Shown here: in pieces, positions 1-8,974 of the stretch
Layout of the letters: each line of letters opens with the position of its first letter
How positions within the stretch are numbered: position 1 is the stretch's first letter
Assembly: GCA_018175275.1 (NCBI GenBank)
Contig: GCA_018175275.1_4531.1
Length of the DNA: 64,000 nucleotides
Direction: 5' to 3' (one strand)
Source of the DNA: a phage
Notes under the pieces: model-generated
The model's database searches: none
Told to the model about the DNA's origin: nothing
The model's input: only the letters and a program-made list of their open reading frames with translations
Translations under genes and position numbers: made by a program

Positions 1-116
1 TACAATAGAAGTTGTACCATTGTTTTCAGATGTGTATTTTTCTGGATGGAAAAGAAAAACTGCATTGCCGTTACCATCTTCAAACACGTGTTTTTCTAAT
101 AGAGACATTGTTCCTC

Positions 117-368
117 CTAATCTGTTAGTTGTTCGTCCTCTACCAAGTTTGACACGAGAACGTCTGTTATACATTGATGCTGATAAACCCTTTCGGGACT
201 ATCATCAAAAGCCAAACCTGTGCAAATAGAACAGAGGTCTGATTCCTTGATGACTCCATTTTTATCACGTCTGGAGTGGTTTGTCAAATGCCTATTACAA
301 GCACGGCACCTAAAATAAAAACTATTTTGCATATATCCTTCGAACCCCAAATGGGGAGTGATCGGCAT
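117..368 (-). CDS. hypothetical Cys-containing small protein
   Basis: 83-aa track ORF co-directional with 406..591; SD-like GAGGAG abuts the ATG so start is uncertain. Confidence 0.3.
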   Translation of the reverse strand: MPITPHLGFEGYMQNSFYFRCRACNRHLTNHSRRDKNGVIKESDLCSICTGLAFDDSPERVYQHQCITDVLVSNLVEDEQLTD

Positions 369-405
369 CTCCTCACTTCTAGTTTAGCACGAAGGATATC
401 TTAAG

Positions 406-591
406 TCAACTAGGAATAATTTTATCCTTTTTGGTTTCATAACCAGTCCAATCTAAATCCTCCCAGCCTTCATCATCGTCTAACACATTGTCATCGTCAT
501 AAGATGCAATGTTATAAATAGAACGTGGATTACAAGACATACAATCTTTAATAGGCACATGATGCCATTTGCACGGATTCTCACTAATCAT
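406..591 (-). CDS. hypothetical acidic small protein
   Basis: 61-aa ORF; GGAGGT 5 nt upstream of ATG on minus strand. Confidence 0.5.
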   Translation of the reverse strand: MISENPCKWHHVPIKDCMSCNPRSIYNIASYDDDNVLDDDEGWEDLDWTGYETKKDKIIPS

Positions 592-599
592 TGCACACC

Positions 600-1070
600 T
601 CCATTCTTGTTAAGATGTTCCGTACTGTACTTCATACTAATCTATAGATCAAGTATTATTTATAATAATTTATTATTTTATTTTTTAATTGATAGAAGTT
701 GATCTGTACGTACCAGTTCTGATACACTGTACCTGTTTGTTAGATCTAATAATTATTTATTATTAATATTTAATAATTATTAATCTAGTACGGAGTACAG
801 TACTTGAGTACAGAGTACTACATCAACAACCTAAAACCTTAACTCGCTGCGCTCGTTAATAGATTTCTAGGGTAGCATACTTCGAACACAAAAGTCAAGA
901 GTTTTATTAAAATTATTTTCTGTGTGCAAAAAACCTTGCTTAAATAGGTAGCAATAGTATAGCCTATAACATAAGCTTCATAAGAGGCTCGTAGAGCAAG
1001 TTCACTTACTAGGTAAGGTGATTTATCATCTTATATATAAAAAGTGCGTCAGAGACGCGTTTAGGAGGCT
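600..1070. promoter_or_regulatory. AT-rich divergent control region with GTAC-rich inverted repeats
   Basis: No ORF; repeated GTACTGTACT / AGTACAGTAC motifs flank a ~150 bp A+T tract; separates minus- and plus-strand gene blocks. Confidence 0.4.
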
Positions 1071-1073
1071 AGA

Positions 1074-1397
1074 ATGAGATTTACAAGACAAGAGGTAGTT
1101 GTGCTGGACGAAGCAATGACAATGATCGTCTTTTACTACGAGGATATCTTCTGTGCAGCATATCATTTAAATGATATTCAGATTGAATGGCAGCAGATAG
1201 CATTCCTGTTGGACAAGAGTAATCATTTGGATGGCTTTGAGTATTTGGAGTGGGATGGTGCAAAGGAAGTTAAAATTGTAGGGTTAAATCACGATCAGAT
1301 TGTTGACATGCAATGTAAGTTGTGTCATTATCAGTTCTCAAACAAAGTCAAACTCGAAAGGCAATTGGAGGTGGTTAAAGATGATAGCACTAATTAG
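1074..1397 (+). CDS. hypothetical protein
   Basis: 107-aa ORF; TAGGAGG 5 nt upstream of ATG. Confidence 0.55.
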   Translation: MRFTRQEVVVLDEAMTMIVFYYEDIFCAAYHLNDIQIEWQQIAFLLDKSNHLDGFEYLEWDGAKEVKIVGLNHDQIVDMQCKLCHYQFSNKVKLERQLEVVKDDSTN

Positions 1398-1497
1398 TGA
1401 GAACCCAATCCTGACAACAATTGTTCTGATTTTTGCCATGTGTGTGGTTCACGATGTTCTGGTAAGTTATTTTGACAACAAAGGAGGTAAGAAATGA
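1381..1497 (+). CDS. small hydrophobic peptide (38 aa)
   Basis: Internal ATG of track ORF 1300..1497; GGAGGT 8 nt upstream; hydrophobic core ILTTIVLIFAMCVV; stop overlaps next ATG. Confidence 0.35.
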   Translation: MIALISENPILTTIVLIFAMCVVHDVLVSYFDNKGGKK

Positions 1498-1688
1498 AAG
1501 ACGTTATTCAAATGGTATTCCGTGTCACCCTGGATGATATTCATGTTGTTAAAGGCACCCAGAACTACACAGAAGCGAAAGAACATTTCCTGGAATGGGT
1601 TGAGACGTTGAAGACACAAAACGTTTCCTACAACCGTGTGACGCTCACTGGCGACCATACCCCAATCATGGAGTACGTAAAGAAATGA
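1494..1688 (+). CDS. hypothetical protein
   Basis: 64-aa ORF; AAGGAGGT upstream. Confidence 0.55.
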   Translation: MKDVIQMVFRVTLDDIHVVKGTQNYTEAKEHFLEWVETLKTQNVSYNRVTLTGDHTPIMEYVKK

Positions 1689-1924
1689 GCAAATATCCAA
1701 TTACAGGTGTAACCTATTCTTGTGTATCAAAAGGTGGCTTATATACGGTCGTGGAATTTCCAAAACCTGCCGGAATATCTAAAGTGTTTGATCCTGTTGT
1801 TATCTATGAAGATCTTAGAACAGGTCAACGTTATTGGAGATTTGTGAATGACTTTTTAGATCGTATGGAGGTAGTAAGTGGCGAAAACACCGAAGAAGTT
1901 ATCAAAGCCAAAGAACGTTACTAA
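1685..1924 (+). CDS. hypothetical protein
   Basis: 79-aa ORF; ATGA start-stop overlap with upstream gene. Confidence 0.5.
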   Translation: MSKYPITGVTYSCVSKGGLYTVVEFPKPAGISKVFDPVVIYEDLRTGQRYWRFVNDFLDRMEVVSGENTEEVIKAKERY

Positions 1925-2231
1925 GAAACCGAAAAACGAGGTTCTCAAAGTAGCCAAATCAGTTCCTAAGAAAGATAAGTTTGATACGGAGGCATTCGTC
2001 TTTGACACACCAATCGAGAAGATTGAAGAAGCGTTGCAACGTCTTGAGGAGCAGGAGGCAGATCCAATGGCTGAACCACTCACGGCAGACCAAATCTATT
2101 GGTGGGGAATATGGACTTTGCAACTGCCAGAAGCAAAAAGAAGAGGAATGACTTCAGTTCCTACTTGTGCAAAAGAAGCTGCTGTGTTAGGTTTGTATGA
2201 GAAATCTAAAAAGAGGAGCAAAAAGAAATGA
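1878..2231 (+). CDS. hypothetical Lys-rich protein
   Basis: 117-aa ORF, GTG start with GGAGGT 5 nt upstream; overlaps 3' end of 1685..1924. Confidence 0.45.
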   Translation: MAKTPKKLSKPKNVTKKPKNEVLKVAKSVPKKDKFDTEAFVFDTPIEKIEEALQRLEEQEADPMAEPLTADQIYWWGIWTLQLPEAKRRGMTSVPTCAKEAAVLGLYEKSKKRSKKK

Positions 2232-2509
2232 TCAAGACTTTCCTGAAGTGTGTAAAAGCAACAGATAGTGAGTGGTACTCTGGATTATTCACTGTTGGCA
2301 AGAAATATGAGATCCTCAACGGGACAGGCAAGAAGTTTTCTCTCGTTGTAAACGATGAAGGCACGAAGCAAATGGTATTTGCTGAAAGCTCTGTCTATGG
2401 TATCTTTGAAGTGGTGCAAGAAGGCTCTCCAATGATTCTGGAGTATCATGGCACTAATAAACCATATACTGCTATGGATGTTATCAACAACAAGAGGAAT
2501 GCAAAATGA
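2228..2509 (+). CDS. hypothetical protein
   Basis: 93-aa ORF; GAGGAG upstream; ATGA overlap. Confidence 0.55.
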   Translation: MIKTFLKCVKATDSEWYSGLFTVGKKYEILNGTGKKFSLVVNDEGTKQMVFAESSVYGIFEVVQEGSPMILEYHGTNKPYTAMDVINNKRNAK

Positions 2510-2688
2510 TTTTGCTCTATTCCGGTAAGGCAAAATACATGCAAGGTGTTAAACGCGTAGAGGTTACTAGGACAGTAACAATAGGGAAATCTTTTATCGT
2601 TTATTGTTTCCTTGTTAATGGGAAGGAGTATGCTGTAGCAAAGACCTTGGTTGATAATGGTAAAACTTGGAAAGTGGAGGCACTATGA
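2506..2688 (+). CDS. hypothetical protein
   Basis: 60-aa ORF; ATGA overlap; AGAGGAA upstream. Confidence 0.5.
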   Translation: MILLYSGKAKYMQGVKRVEVTRTVTIGKSFIVYCFLVNGKEYAVAKTLVDNGKTWKVEAL

Positions 2689-2882
2689 TCACTGTAGCTG
2701 GGTGGGTGGTATTGGCAACACTTAATGGGAATGTTACTGTGGAGACTAAAACCATCTTCAAAGCACCAGAAGATTGCTATAACTCCTTGGTAACTTGGCC
2801 TCGTGATGAGGATGATAAGGCAGAGTATCAGTGTTTTTACATTGAGGGTAAGCCTGTAGAATTTGAGGTGAGGGTGAAATGA
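2685..2882 (+). CDS. hypothetical protein
   Basis: Internal ATG (residue 7 of track ORF 2667..2882) with GTGGAGG upstream and ATGA overlap. Confidence 0.5.
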   Translation: MITVAGWVVLATLNGNVTVETKTIFKAPEDCYNSLVTWPRDEDDKAEYQCFYIEGKPVEFEVRVK

Positions 2883-3364
2883 AAATAAAAATTACTAAAG
2901 CACATGTAGATAACCCACAATTCTTTTCTTTGAATACAAGCTACGATATTAAAAACGGAGATGAGTTTGATGTTGTTGATATTGTAACAGATTCCGATGG
3001 CGTGGATTTTGGATATATGATTGTTCCTCCTTGTGGCGGTAGTCCTATTGTTGTATTGCGTGACGAAGCTGTAGAAGTGAGTTATGATGAATCCCAATAC
3101 GACAGTCCATATATGACAGAGTGGATCGTGGCTGTAGATGTTGGAGGTATGGTTTCTGTACTGAAAGCTCCAAATCTCCACCCTGGTTTTACAGAGAACG
3201 GTAAGACAGCTTTGGATTATGGGTTGCCAGAAGATGTTGAGAATACACCGCCAGGTATGTACCGTTGGATTTGCTCTTTCCATGAAGAGAAGGATTGGGA
3301 ATCAGGGCTTGTGGAGGATTGGCATTTTGAAGTGGAGAGTTCTTTTTTAATCATGCCTGCTTAG
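2879..3364 (+). CDS. hypothetical protein
   Basis: 161-aa ORF; GAGGTGAGGG upstream; ATGA overlap. Confidence 0.55.
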   Translation: MKIKITKAHVDNPQFFSLNTSYDIKNGDEFDVVDIVTDSDGVDFGYMIVPPCGGSPIVVLRDEAVEVSYDESQYDSPYMTEWIVAVDVGGMVSVLKAPNLHPGFTENGKTALDYGLPEDVENTPPGMYRWICSFHEEKDWESGLVEDWHFEVESSFLIMPA

Positions 3365-3374
3365 AGGAGGTTAT

Positions 3375-3731
3375 ATGGGTACTATTATTTGGCTTGATGA
3401 TTTACGTGATCCAAAAGATTATGGTTATCCAGATGCAATCTGGTTTAAAACATCACAGGAACTTCTTGCCTCTCGTTACATGAATGAGGTGCAGAAGGGT
3501 TATCGTTTTGTAGACGAGTGGCATTTTGACAACGATTTGGGTGAAGACTCTGATCGAGATGGGTATGATGTTTTCTTACATTTGGAAGAACTCCTGATGT
3601 TTGGTAAACCTTGTTTTGGTTCACCTACTATTTTCGTGCATACTTCTAATCCCTCCGCTGGGGATAAATTCATGCTTGCAAAAGAATCCATGCTGCGTTA
3701 TGGTATTCAAATGAAGCGTGTTCACTATTAA
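3375..3731 (+). CDS. hypothetical protein
   Basis: 118-aa ORF; AGAGGAGG upstream. Confidence 0.55.
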   Translation: MGTIIWLDDLRDPKDYGYPDAIWFKTSQELLASRYMNEVQKGYRFVDEWHFDNDLGEDSDRDGYDVFLHLEELLMFGKPCFGSPTIFVHTSNPSAGDKFMLAKESMLRYGIQMKRVHY

Positions 3732-3742
3732 GGAGAAACTTA

Positions 3743-4099
3743 ATGAGCAGTATTGATCAGAACATTTGTTACCAACCTCTCGCTTGGATCGGTGAGGGGC
3801 ATTATGCGCAACGTGTTATCGTCTGTGCTGCGAATAAGTATATTTTGAATAATGGTGAAGAATTAATTATTCCTTGCGTTAGACATGCAAATCCTGTATT
3901 ATCTGCACAATTGAATGTATTGAAAGAAGCAGGTGTGCTTGATAAAGCGCATTGCCTTCCAAACAATCAAGGTTTTATTGATCAATACTACAATTGGTGG
4001 AGTCGTGAAGATGCATACATCATTGCAAAACACGCAGACCAGATTGACTACGAACGTAATGGTCATGATCGTGACCTATTTAGCGAGGGATTATACTAA
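3743..4099 (+). CDS. hypothetical protein
   Basis: 118-aa ORF; AAGGAGA upstream. Confidence 0.55.
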   Translation: MSSIDQNICYQPLAWIGEGHYAQRVIVCAANKYILNNGEELIIPCVRHANPVLSAQLNVLKEAGVLDKAHCLPNNQGFIDQYYNWWSREDAYIIAKHADQIDYERNGHDRDLFSEGLY

Positions 4100-4650
4100 T
4101 GTTTATTACAAGTGATTTGCATTTTATGCACAAACGTATACGAGAGTTTGCTCCTGAATATCGACCGTGGGAGGATATGGACCACATGACAGAAGCCTTG
4201 ATCGAAGCATGGAACAAATGTGCTACTACTCCTGGTGTTAAGATGTGGCATTTGGGCGACTTCTGTTTCGGAACTGAAGAAGATACCCGTAAAATTGCTT
4301 CTCGTCTCCAAGGAGATATCACCTACTGTGTTGGGAACCATGACTACAGCAAACACCGAGAAGTGCTTGCAGAGTATGGTGAAGTGGTGTATTATGACGA
4401 AGTGAAATATCAGAAGCTGTTCTTCGTCTTAAGTCATTACCCTATGGCCTCCTGGAACAAACAAGGTCGTGGATCAATCATGCTACACGGGCATTCCCAC
4501 GGATCTTTCCCTGATGAAGCTTATGGTAAAATGTTAGATGTGGGTTGGGATGCACACGGAAAAATCTTGCATTTTGATGAGATAATTACTATGATGAGTA
4601 AACGAGATATCGTGACTGTAGACCATCACAAAATAATCAAAGGAGAGTAA
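4099..4650 (+). CDS. calcineurin-like metallophosphoesterase (candidate RNA 2',3'-phosphoesterase)
   Basis: Motifs SDLHFMH (D-x-H), GDFCFG (GD), VGNHD (GNHD); TAATG overlap with upstream gene. Confidence 0.7.
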   Translation: MFITSDLHFMHKRIREFAPEYRPWEDMDHMTEALIEAWNKCATTPGVKMWHLGDFCFGTEEDTRKIASRLQGDITYCVGNHDYSKHREVLAEYGEVVYYDEVKYQKLFFVLSHYPMASWNKQGRGSIMLHGHSHGSFPDEAYGKMLDVGWDAHGKILHFDEIITMMSKRDIVTVDHHKIIKGE

Positions 4651-4651
4651 T

Positions 4652-5584
4652 GTGACTAAATTTAATTGCGACGATTTGGTTGAAAAAGGTTTAGTTCATA
4701 AGAAAACATATAAAGAAGGAGAGTATTCTGGTCTATCTGTTCTTAAGTATAAGAACAAAGTTTTCTGGGATAACCTGTGGAACATTGATTCTCGTCTTCT
4801 AGAATGTCGCGGAATCGTTGTTGACGCTGATGACAATGTTGTTATTTGGCCTTTCACTAAGATTTTTAATCGTTTTGAGAATGGCACAGATCTACCAGCG
4901 GATGAATTTGTAGATGTGGTTCGTAAAGTAAATGGTTTTATGGCCTCTGTAGGTGTATATAAAGGTCAACTTATTGTATCGACAACAGGAAGCCTTGAAT
5001 CAGATTTTGCAAGTATTGCAAAGAATCATATTGTTTCAGAGTGTGATGACATAGAACATTTCATCAAATGGACAGAGAGTGCAAAAGCAACTTTCCTTTT
5101 TGAAATCTGTGATCCTTCTGATCCGCATATTGTCGAAGAAGAACCAGGTGCATACTTAATTGGTGCCAGAATTCAAAACCCTGATGGGACAAGTTTTATG
5201 TTACCTGAAGGTGCTCTTGATGGAATTGCTTCTGTCACCAAATTTAAGCGTCCTGAAGTTCATCCAATGGTTAAGTTTTCAGATGTTGTTGAAATGTCTA
5301 AACATTGTAAACACGAAGGGTTTGTAGTTCGTGAAACAAACTATCCGTTCAACTTACTTTTAAAAATTAAATCACCACACTATCTTACTAAGAAGTTTCT
5401 TATGCGCGGTGGAGATAAAAAGTGGGATCTGATTTGGGATAATCCAAAAAATGCCAAACAAATGGTTGACGAAGAATATTACGCTTTGTTAGAATGGATT
5501 CGAAATAATTTTACGAAGACTCAATGGGCTGCTTTAAATCAGCAAGAGCGACGTGAAAAAATCGAAAACTTTTTTGGAGGATAA
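4652..5584 (+). CDS. Rnl1-like ATP-dependent RNA ligase
   Basis: 310 aa; LECRGIVVD segment resembling T4 Rnl1 as recalled; candidate nucleotidyltransferase motif I as K-V-N-G; GTG start after AGGAG. Confidence 0.55.
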   Translation: MTKFNCDDLVEKGLVHKKTYKEGEYSGLSVLKYKNKVFWDNLWNIDSRLLECRGIVVDADDNVVIWPFTKIFNRFENGTDLPADEFVDVVRKVNGFMASVGVYKGQLIVSTTGSLESDFASIAKNHIVSECDDIEHFIKWTESAKATFLFEICDPSDPHIVEEEPGAYLIGARIQNPDGTSFMLPEGALDGIASVTKFKRPEVHPMVKFSDVVEMSKHCKHEGFVVRETNYPFNLLLKIKSPHYLTKKFLMRGGDKKWDLIWDNPKNAKQMVDEEYYALLEWIRNNFTKTQWAALNQQERREKIENFFGG

Positions 5585-5989
5585 ATGAAACAACTTATCA
5601 TTTTACGTGGCGTTTCAGGTGCTGGTAAATCTACAGTAGCAGAAATTATTTCTGAAGGTTATTGGCCTATCTGTGAGGCAGATCAATATCATTACACAGA
5701 GAGTGGTGTTTACGATTGGAAGCCAGAAAATGTAGGTAAAGCACACGCATGGTGTCAGGGTATTGTTCGTGATGCTATGGCATCTAATCTTAACAAGATT
5801 ATTGTTTCTAATACTTCAACCACAGAGAAAGAACTTAAACCTTATCTAGCTCTTGCTGAAGAGTTTGGTTATCAAGTTATCTCTTTAGTTGTTGAAAATA
5901 GGCACGGTAATGATTCAATTCACGAGGTTCCACAATATATCCGTGATCAGCAAGAGAAACGTCTTCGTGGTTCACTTAAACTTCAATAA
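5585..5989 (+). CDS. P-loop polynucleotide kinase-like protein
   Basis: Walker A GVSGAGKST near N-terminus, 134 aa, adjacent to ligase and phosphoesterase. Confidence 0.65.
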   Translation: MKQLIILRGVSGAGKSTVAEIISEGYWPICEADQYHYTESGVYDWKPENVGKAHAWCQGIVRDAMASNLNKIIVSNTSTTEKELKPYLALAEEFGYQVISLVVENRHGNDSIHEVPQYIRDQQEKRLRGSLKLQ

Positions 5990-5998
5990 GGAGAAATA

Positions 5999-6325
5999 AT
6001 GCAGATTTATACAGATGATCGTAAATATGAGACAATTTTAGATGAAGATACTGGACGAATTACCGTTCTCCGTCACGGTGAAGAGTGGCGTGATGAAACG
6101 GGAGACAATTATATCTTGTCTCTGATTCATCTTATTGAACAAATGCGTGATGATTACGCTGAACTGCATTATGAAAATGAGGCTAATAAAGTAAAATTTG
6201 AAAATGAATTAGAAGAGAAAGAATCCGAAATGGTATATCTAAAAGAAGAGATCTCCCGTTTGGAGGAAGAGATTGATGCTCTTCAAGAAGAGATTTACGA
6301 ACTCAACAACGAACTGAACGCTTAA
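5999..6325 (+). CDS. hypothetical acidic coiled-coil protein
   Basis: 108-aa ORF; AAGGAGA upstream; E-rich heptad-like C-terminus. Confidence 0.5.
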   Translation: MQIYTDDRKYETILDEDTGRITVLRHGEEWRDETGDNYILSLIHLIEQMRDDYAELHYENEANKVKFENELEEKESEMVYLKEEISRLEEEIDALQEEIYELNNELNA

Positions 6326-6334
6326 GGAGGGATT

Positions 6335-6523
6335 ATGAAAAAAGATATCGTTGTTGGTTGGCTGACTTGCCCTTGTGGTAGTAATGACATAACTGTAAAC
6401 ACAGAGGGTGATAAAAATTATTTATTCTACGGGGATAAAATCACTTGCAATACCTGCGGACGTGTTGGTATTATAGAAACCGATGATTGTTGTGCTTTTG
6501 AATCTTGGGATGAAGAAGAATGA
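6335..6523 (+). CDS. small zinc-ribbon protein
   Basis: 62 aa with CPCG...CNTCG; AAGGAGGG upstream. Confidence 0.5.
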   Translation: MKKDIVVGWLTCPCGSNDITVNTEGDKNYLFYGDKITCNTCGRVGIIETDDCCAFESWDEEE

Positions 6524-6741
6524 GTACTGCATTTTATGTTCGTAGCGGAGACGAGGATTTTCTGGCTACTTTTGATGACGGTGATATTGAAGATATGTAT
6601 GACGATATGCTTGACTATGCCAAAGGGCAAGGTTTCACAAGCATTGATTATATGTTGGCAACATCTACAACGTTACTCGACGCAGATTTGGATGAAGTGT
6701 GTAACAGATTGAAAATTTCAGTTTTTAAATGGGAGGACTAA
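6520..6741 (+). CDS. hypothetical acidic protein
   Basis: 73-aa ORF; ATGA overlap. Confidence 0.5.
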   Translation: MSTAFYVRSGDEDFLATFDDGDIEDMYDDMLDYAKGQGFTSIDYMLATSTTLLDADLDEVCNRLKISVFKWED

Positions 6742-7856
6742 TGCAACAAACAAATCAAACGCTGTATGGTAAAGATTCAAAAGGAAAACTTAAACAGTGG
6801 ACAGTGTATACAGATGGTGCAGTTGTTACTGTAGCTCATGGAAGGGTAGGTGGAAAAATCACAGAAAAATCTTATACAGCAGAAGCAAAAAACATCGGTC
6901 GTTCCAATGAAACAACACCGGAAGAACAAGCTGAACTTGAAGCTTTTGCCAAATGGACAAAACAGTTAAAGAATGGCTATTATAAAACAAAAGAAGAAGC
7001 TGAAAACCATGTTCCTTCTACACCAATGAAATGCCAGGATTATAAAGATTATCCTGAAAGGGTTGTGTTCCCTGGTTATGCACAATACAAACTGAACGGG
7101 TTACGTTCTATGATTAACATGAAAGGGGAGTGTTTATCAAAAGCTGGGGAAGTGTATAACCTGCCACCTCATTGGAAAGGTATTCCAAACTTTATTAGTG
7201 AAGTTGTTGGTCATCCTCTTGATGGTGAAGTGTTTGCTGGGTTAGGTGTCCTTAGTCTGCAACAAATTAATAGTGCCTGGAAGAAGCATAATGCAAATAC
7301 ACCTTTGCTGAATTATTACGTATATGATATTCCAGTTCCAGATCTACCGTTTGAAAAACGTGTTGATGTTCTTGCTGCTCTTAAGGCAGTAGTTGAAGAT
7401 TATGGTCTTGATGAGCTTATTTGTGTAGTTCATACAGAGTATATTGAAAACCAAGAACAGTTTGATGCTTTCTATGAAAAAGCTTTACTTGAAAAGGCTG
7501 AAGGTGTAGTATATCGTAATGCTCGCGGAGTTTACGAATTTGATAAACGCTCTTATGACGTTATTAAACGTAAACCTCGTCATACTCTTGAAGTTAAAGT
7601 AACAAATTCAAAAAGTGATAAAAATGGTGATGGAGTGTTGACAGGCGAGATGGAAAATGGTAAAGTAGTCGAATTCTTAATGCGTAAAGATGCTCATGAG
7701 ACTATCAATTATCGTAAAGCAGAGAATGCTTCTACCTTGATTAATCAGTTCGTTGAAATAGAATATGAAGAATTTTCAGATGAAGGTATTCCGACAAAAC
7801 CTGTTGGTGTTCGTATTCGAGAAATGATCCCAGGCACTTGGGAACCAGCAGAGTAA
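6741..7856 (+). CDS. ATP-dependent DNA ligase-like nucleotidyltransferase
   Basis: Motif I variant YKLNGLR (KxDGxR with Asn); GGGAGG upstream of second ATG of track ORF 6729..7856. Confidence 0.6.
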   Translation: MQQTNQTLYGKDSKGKLKQWTVYTDGAVVTVAHGRVGGKITEKSYTAEAKNIGRSNETTPEEQAELEAFAKWTKQLKNGYYKTKEEAENHVPSTPMKCQDYKDYPERVVFPGYAQYKLNGLRSMINMKGECLSKAGEVYNLPPHWKGIPNFISEVVGHPLDGEVFAGLGVLSLQQINSAWKKHNANTPLLNYYVYDIPVPDLPFEKRVDVLAALKAVVEDYGLDELICVVHTEYIENQEQFDAFYEKALLEKAEGVVYRNARGVYEFDKRSYDVIKRKPRHTLEVKVTNSKSDKNGDGVLTGEMENGKVVEFLMRKDAHETINYRKAENASTLINQFVEIEYEEFSDEGIPTKPVGVRIREMIPGTWEPAE

Positions 7857-7865
7857 GGAGGAAAA

Positions 7866-8060
7866 ATGTTTTTAGCCATTCTAATCGTTTTCAGTGCGCT
7901 TTCTTTTTATTGTATGAATGCTTCGGAAAACTTTCCTAAGAATTCAAAGAAAAGAACCGTATGTGTTGCGATTGATTCATGTATGTCTGGAGTTGGGTAT
8001 GCGGTAGTTTCTTGTTTCTTAGCTTATCATTGTGCAAAATACTTGGAGGCATTTTTATGA
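7866..8060 (+). CDS. small membrane protein
   Basis: 64 aa, hydrophobic N-terminus; AAGGAGG upstream. Confidence 0.5.
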   Translation: MFLAILIVFSALSFYCMNASENFPKNSKKRTVCVAIDSCMSGVGYAVVSCFLAYHCAKYLEAFL

Positions 8061-8239
8061 TAATTTTAGCAACAATTCTTATGATGTTGATAGCAATTGC
8101 TATTGTAATACTGGCATCTTTTCCAGCGGATAAATGGTATTTCAATATTCCACGTATGCTTGTTTTCGGTTTTGCAGGAATTTACATGGGTGAGTCTGTA
8201 GTAAATATTAGCAACTTTCTAGAAAGCTATTTTAAATAA
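8057..8239 (+). CDS. small membrane protein
   Basis: Internal ATG of track ORF 7979..8239; GGAGG upstream; ATGA overlap; two hydrophobic segments. Confidence 0.5.
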   Translation: MIILATILMMLIAIAIVILASFPADKWYFNIPRMLVFGFAGIYMGESVVNISNFLESYFK

Positions 8240-8248
8240 GGAGTTATA

Positions 8249-8974
8249 ATGATCGAGAATTTTTTTAAAGATATTAAATTCGATACTGAATTTTTCAAAA
8301 ATGCAGCAAAGCACGTGATTGATTGGAATGCTAAAGCGCGAGGTGGTGAACAACCTGAATTTACTCAAGAGCTATTTATGTCCCAAATCGGGTTCGTTCG
8401 TGAAGAACTTAAAGAGTATGAAACAGCCGCGAAAGTAAACGATCATGTAGAACTCTTGGACGCAGCAGCAGATATTTTTGTAGTATCCAGTTATCTGACT
8501 TACATGTTCTTTGGTGAAGAACATACGATGAATTTCTTGGACTATACTGTAGGTGATGTTTTTACTCCGACTGTGTATACTGACTTTGATGCTTTGGAAC
8601 AAACATTTACAGAGCCAGTTCAAATGGCACTAATGGCTGCTGGTATTATGCGTATGTCTCGTGACACTCTCATTCGTTCAAAATATCCAGAAAAGAAAAT
8701 TATTAAAGAAGTATTGAAAAGTAACGATTCCAAGTATCCAACTAAACAACAGTTGCTGAAAACTTGGAAAACTTCAGATATCGATTCAGCCATTGCACAA
8801 GAATGCACTGCAATTGAAGAACGAAACGCCAATCGTCCAGAAGGAGCATACACGGGTGTTCATGCTGTTTATAATGAAAAACAGAAAGTGTATGTGTTCT
8901 TTGATGATAAAGGTAAGATCATGAAGTGGTCAGGTTTCATTAAACCCAACATTGCAGCTATTATCAAAAAATGA
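8249..8974 (+). CDS. hypothetical protein, possible MazG-like all-alpha NTP pyrophosphohydrolase
   Basis: 241 aa; EELKEYE...ELLDAAADIF pattern reminiscent of MazG/dCTPase EExxE...D motifs; AAGGAG upstream. Confidence 0.4.
   Translation: MIENFFKDIKFDTEFFKNAAKHVIDWNAKARGGEQPEFTQELFMSQIGFVREELKEYETAAKVNDHVELLDAAADIFVVSSYLTYMFFGEEHTMNFLDYTVGDVFTPTVYTDFDALEQTFTEPVQMALMAAGIMRMSRDTLIRSKYPEKKIIKEVLKSNDSKYPTKQQLLKTWKTSDIDSAIAQECTAIEERNANRPEGAYTGVHAVYNEKQKVYVFFDDKGKIMKWSGFIKPNIAAIIKK

Noticed and set aside
20-229. Plus-strand ORF 20..229 at the window edge
   Set aside because: Overlaps minus-strand ORF 117..368, has no SD, and its low-complexity translation is unconvincing; left unannotated.
925-965. 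MotA-dependent middle promoter (TTGCTTAA about 11 bp upstream of TAGTAT) ahead of gene 1074..1397
   Set aside because: Single occurrence with marginal spacing; I did not find the same box recurrently upstream of other genes, so it is not listed as a feature.
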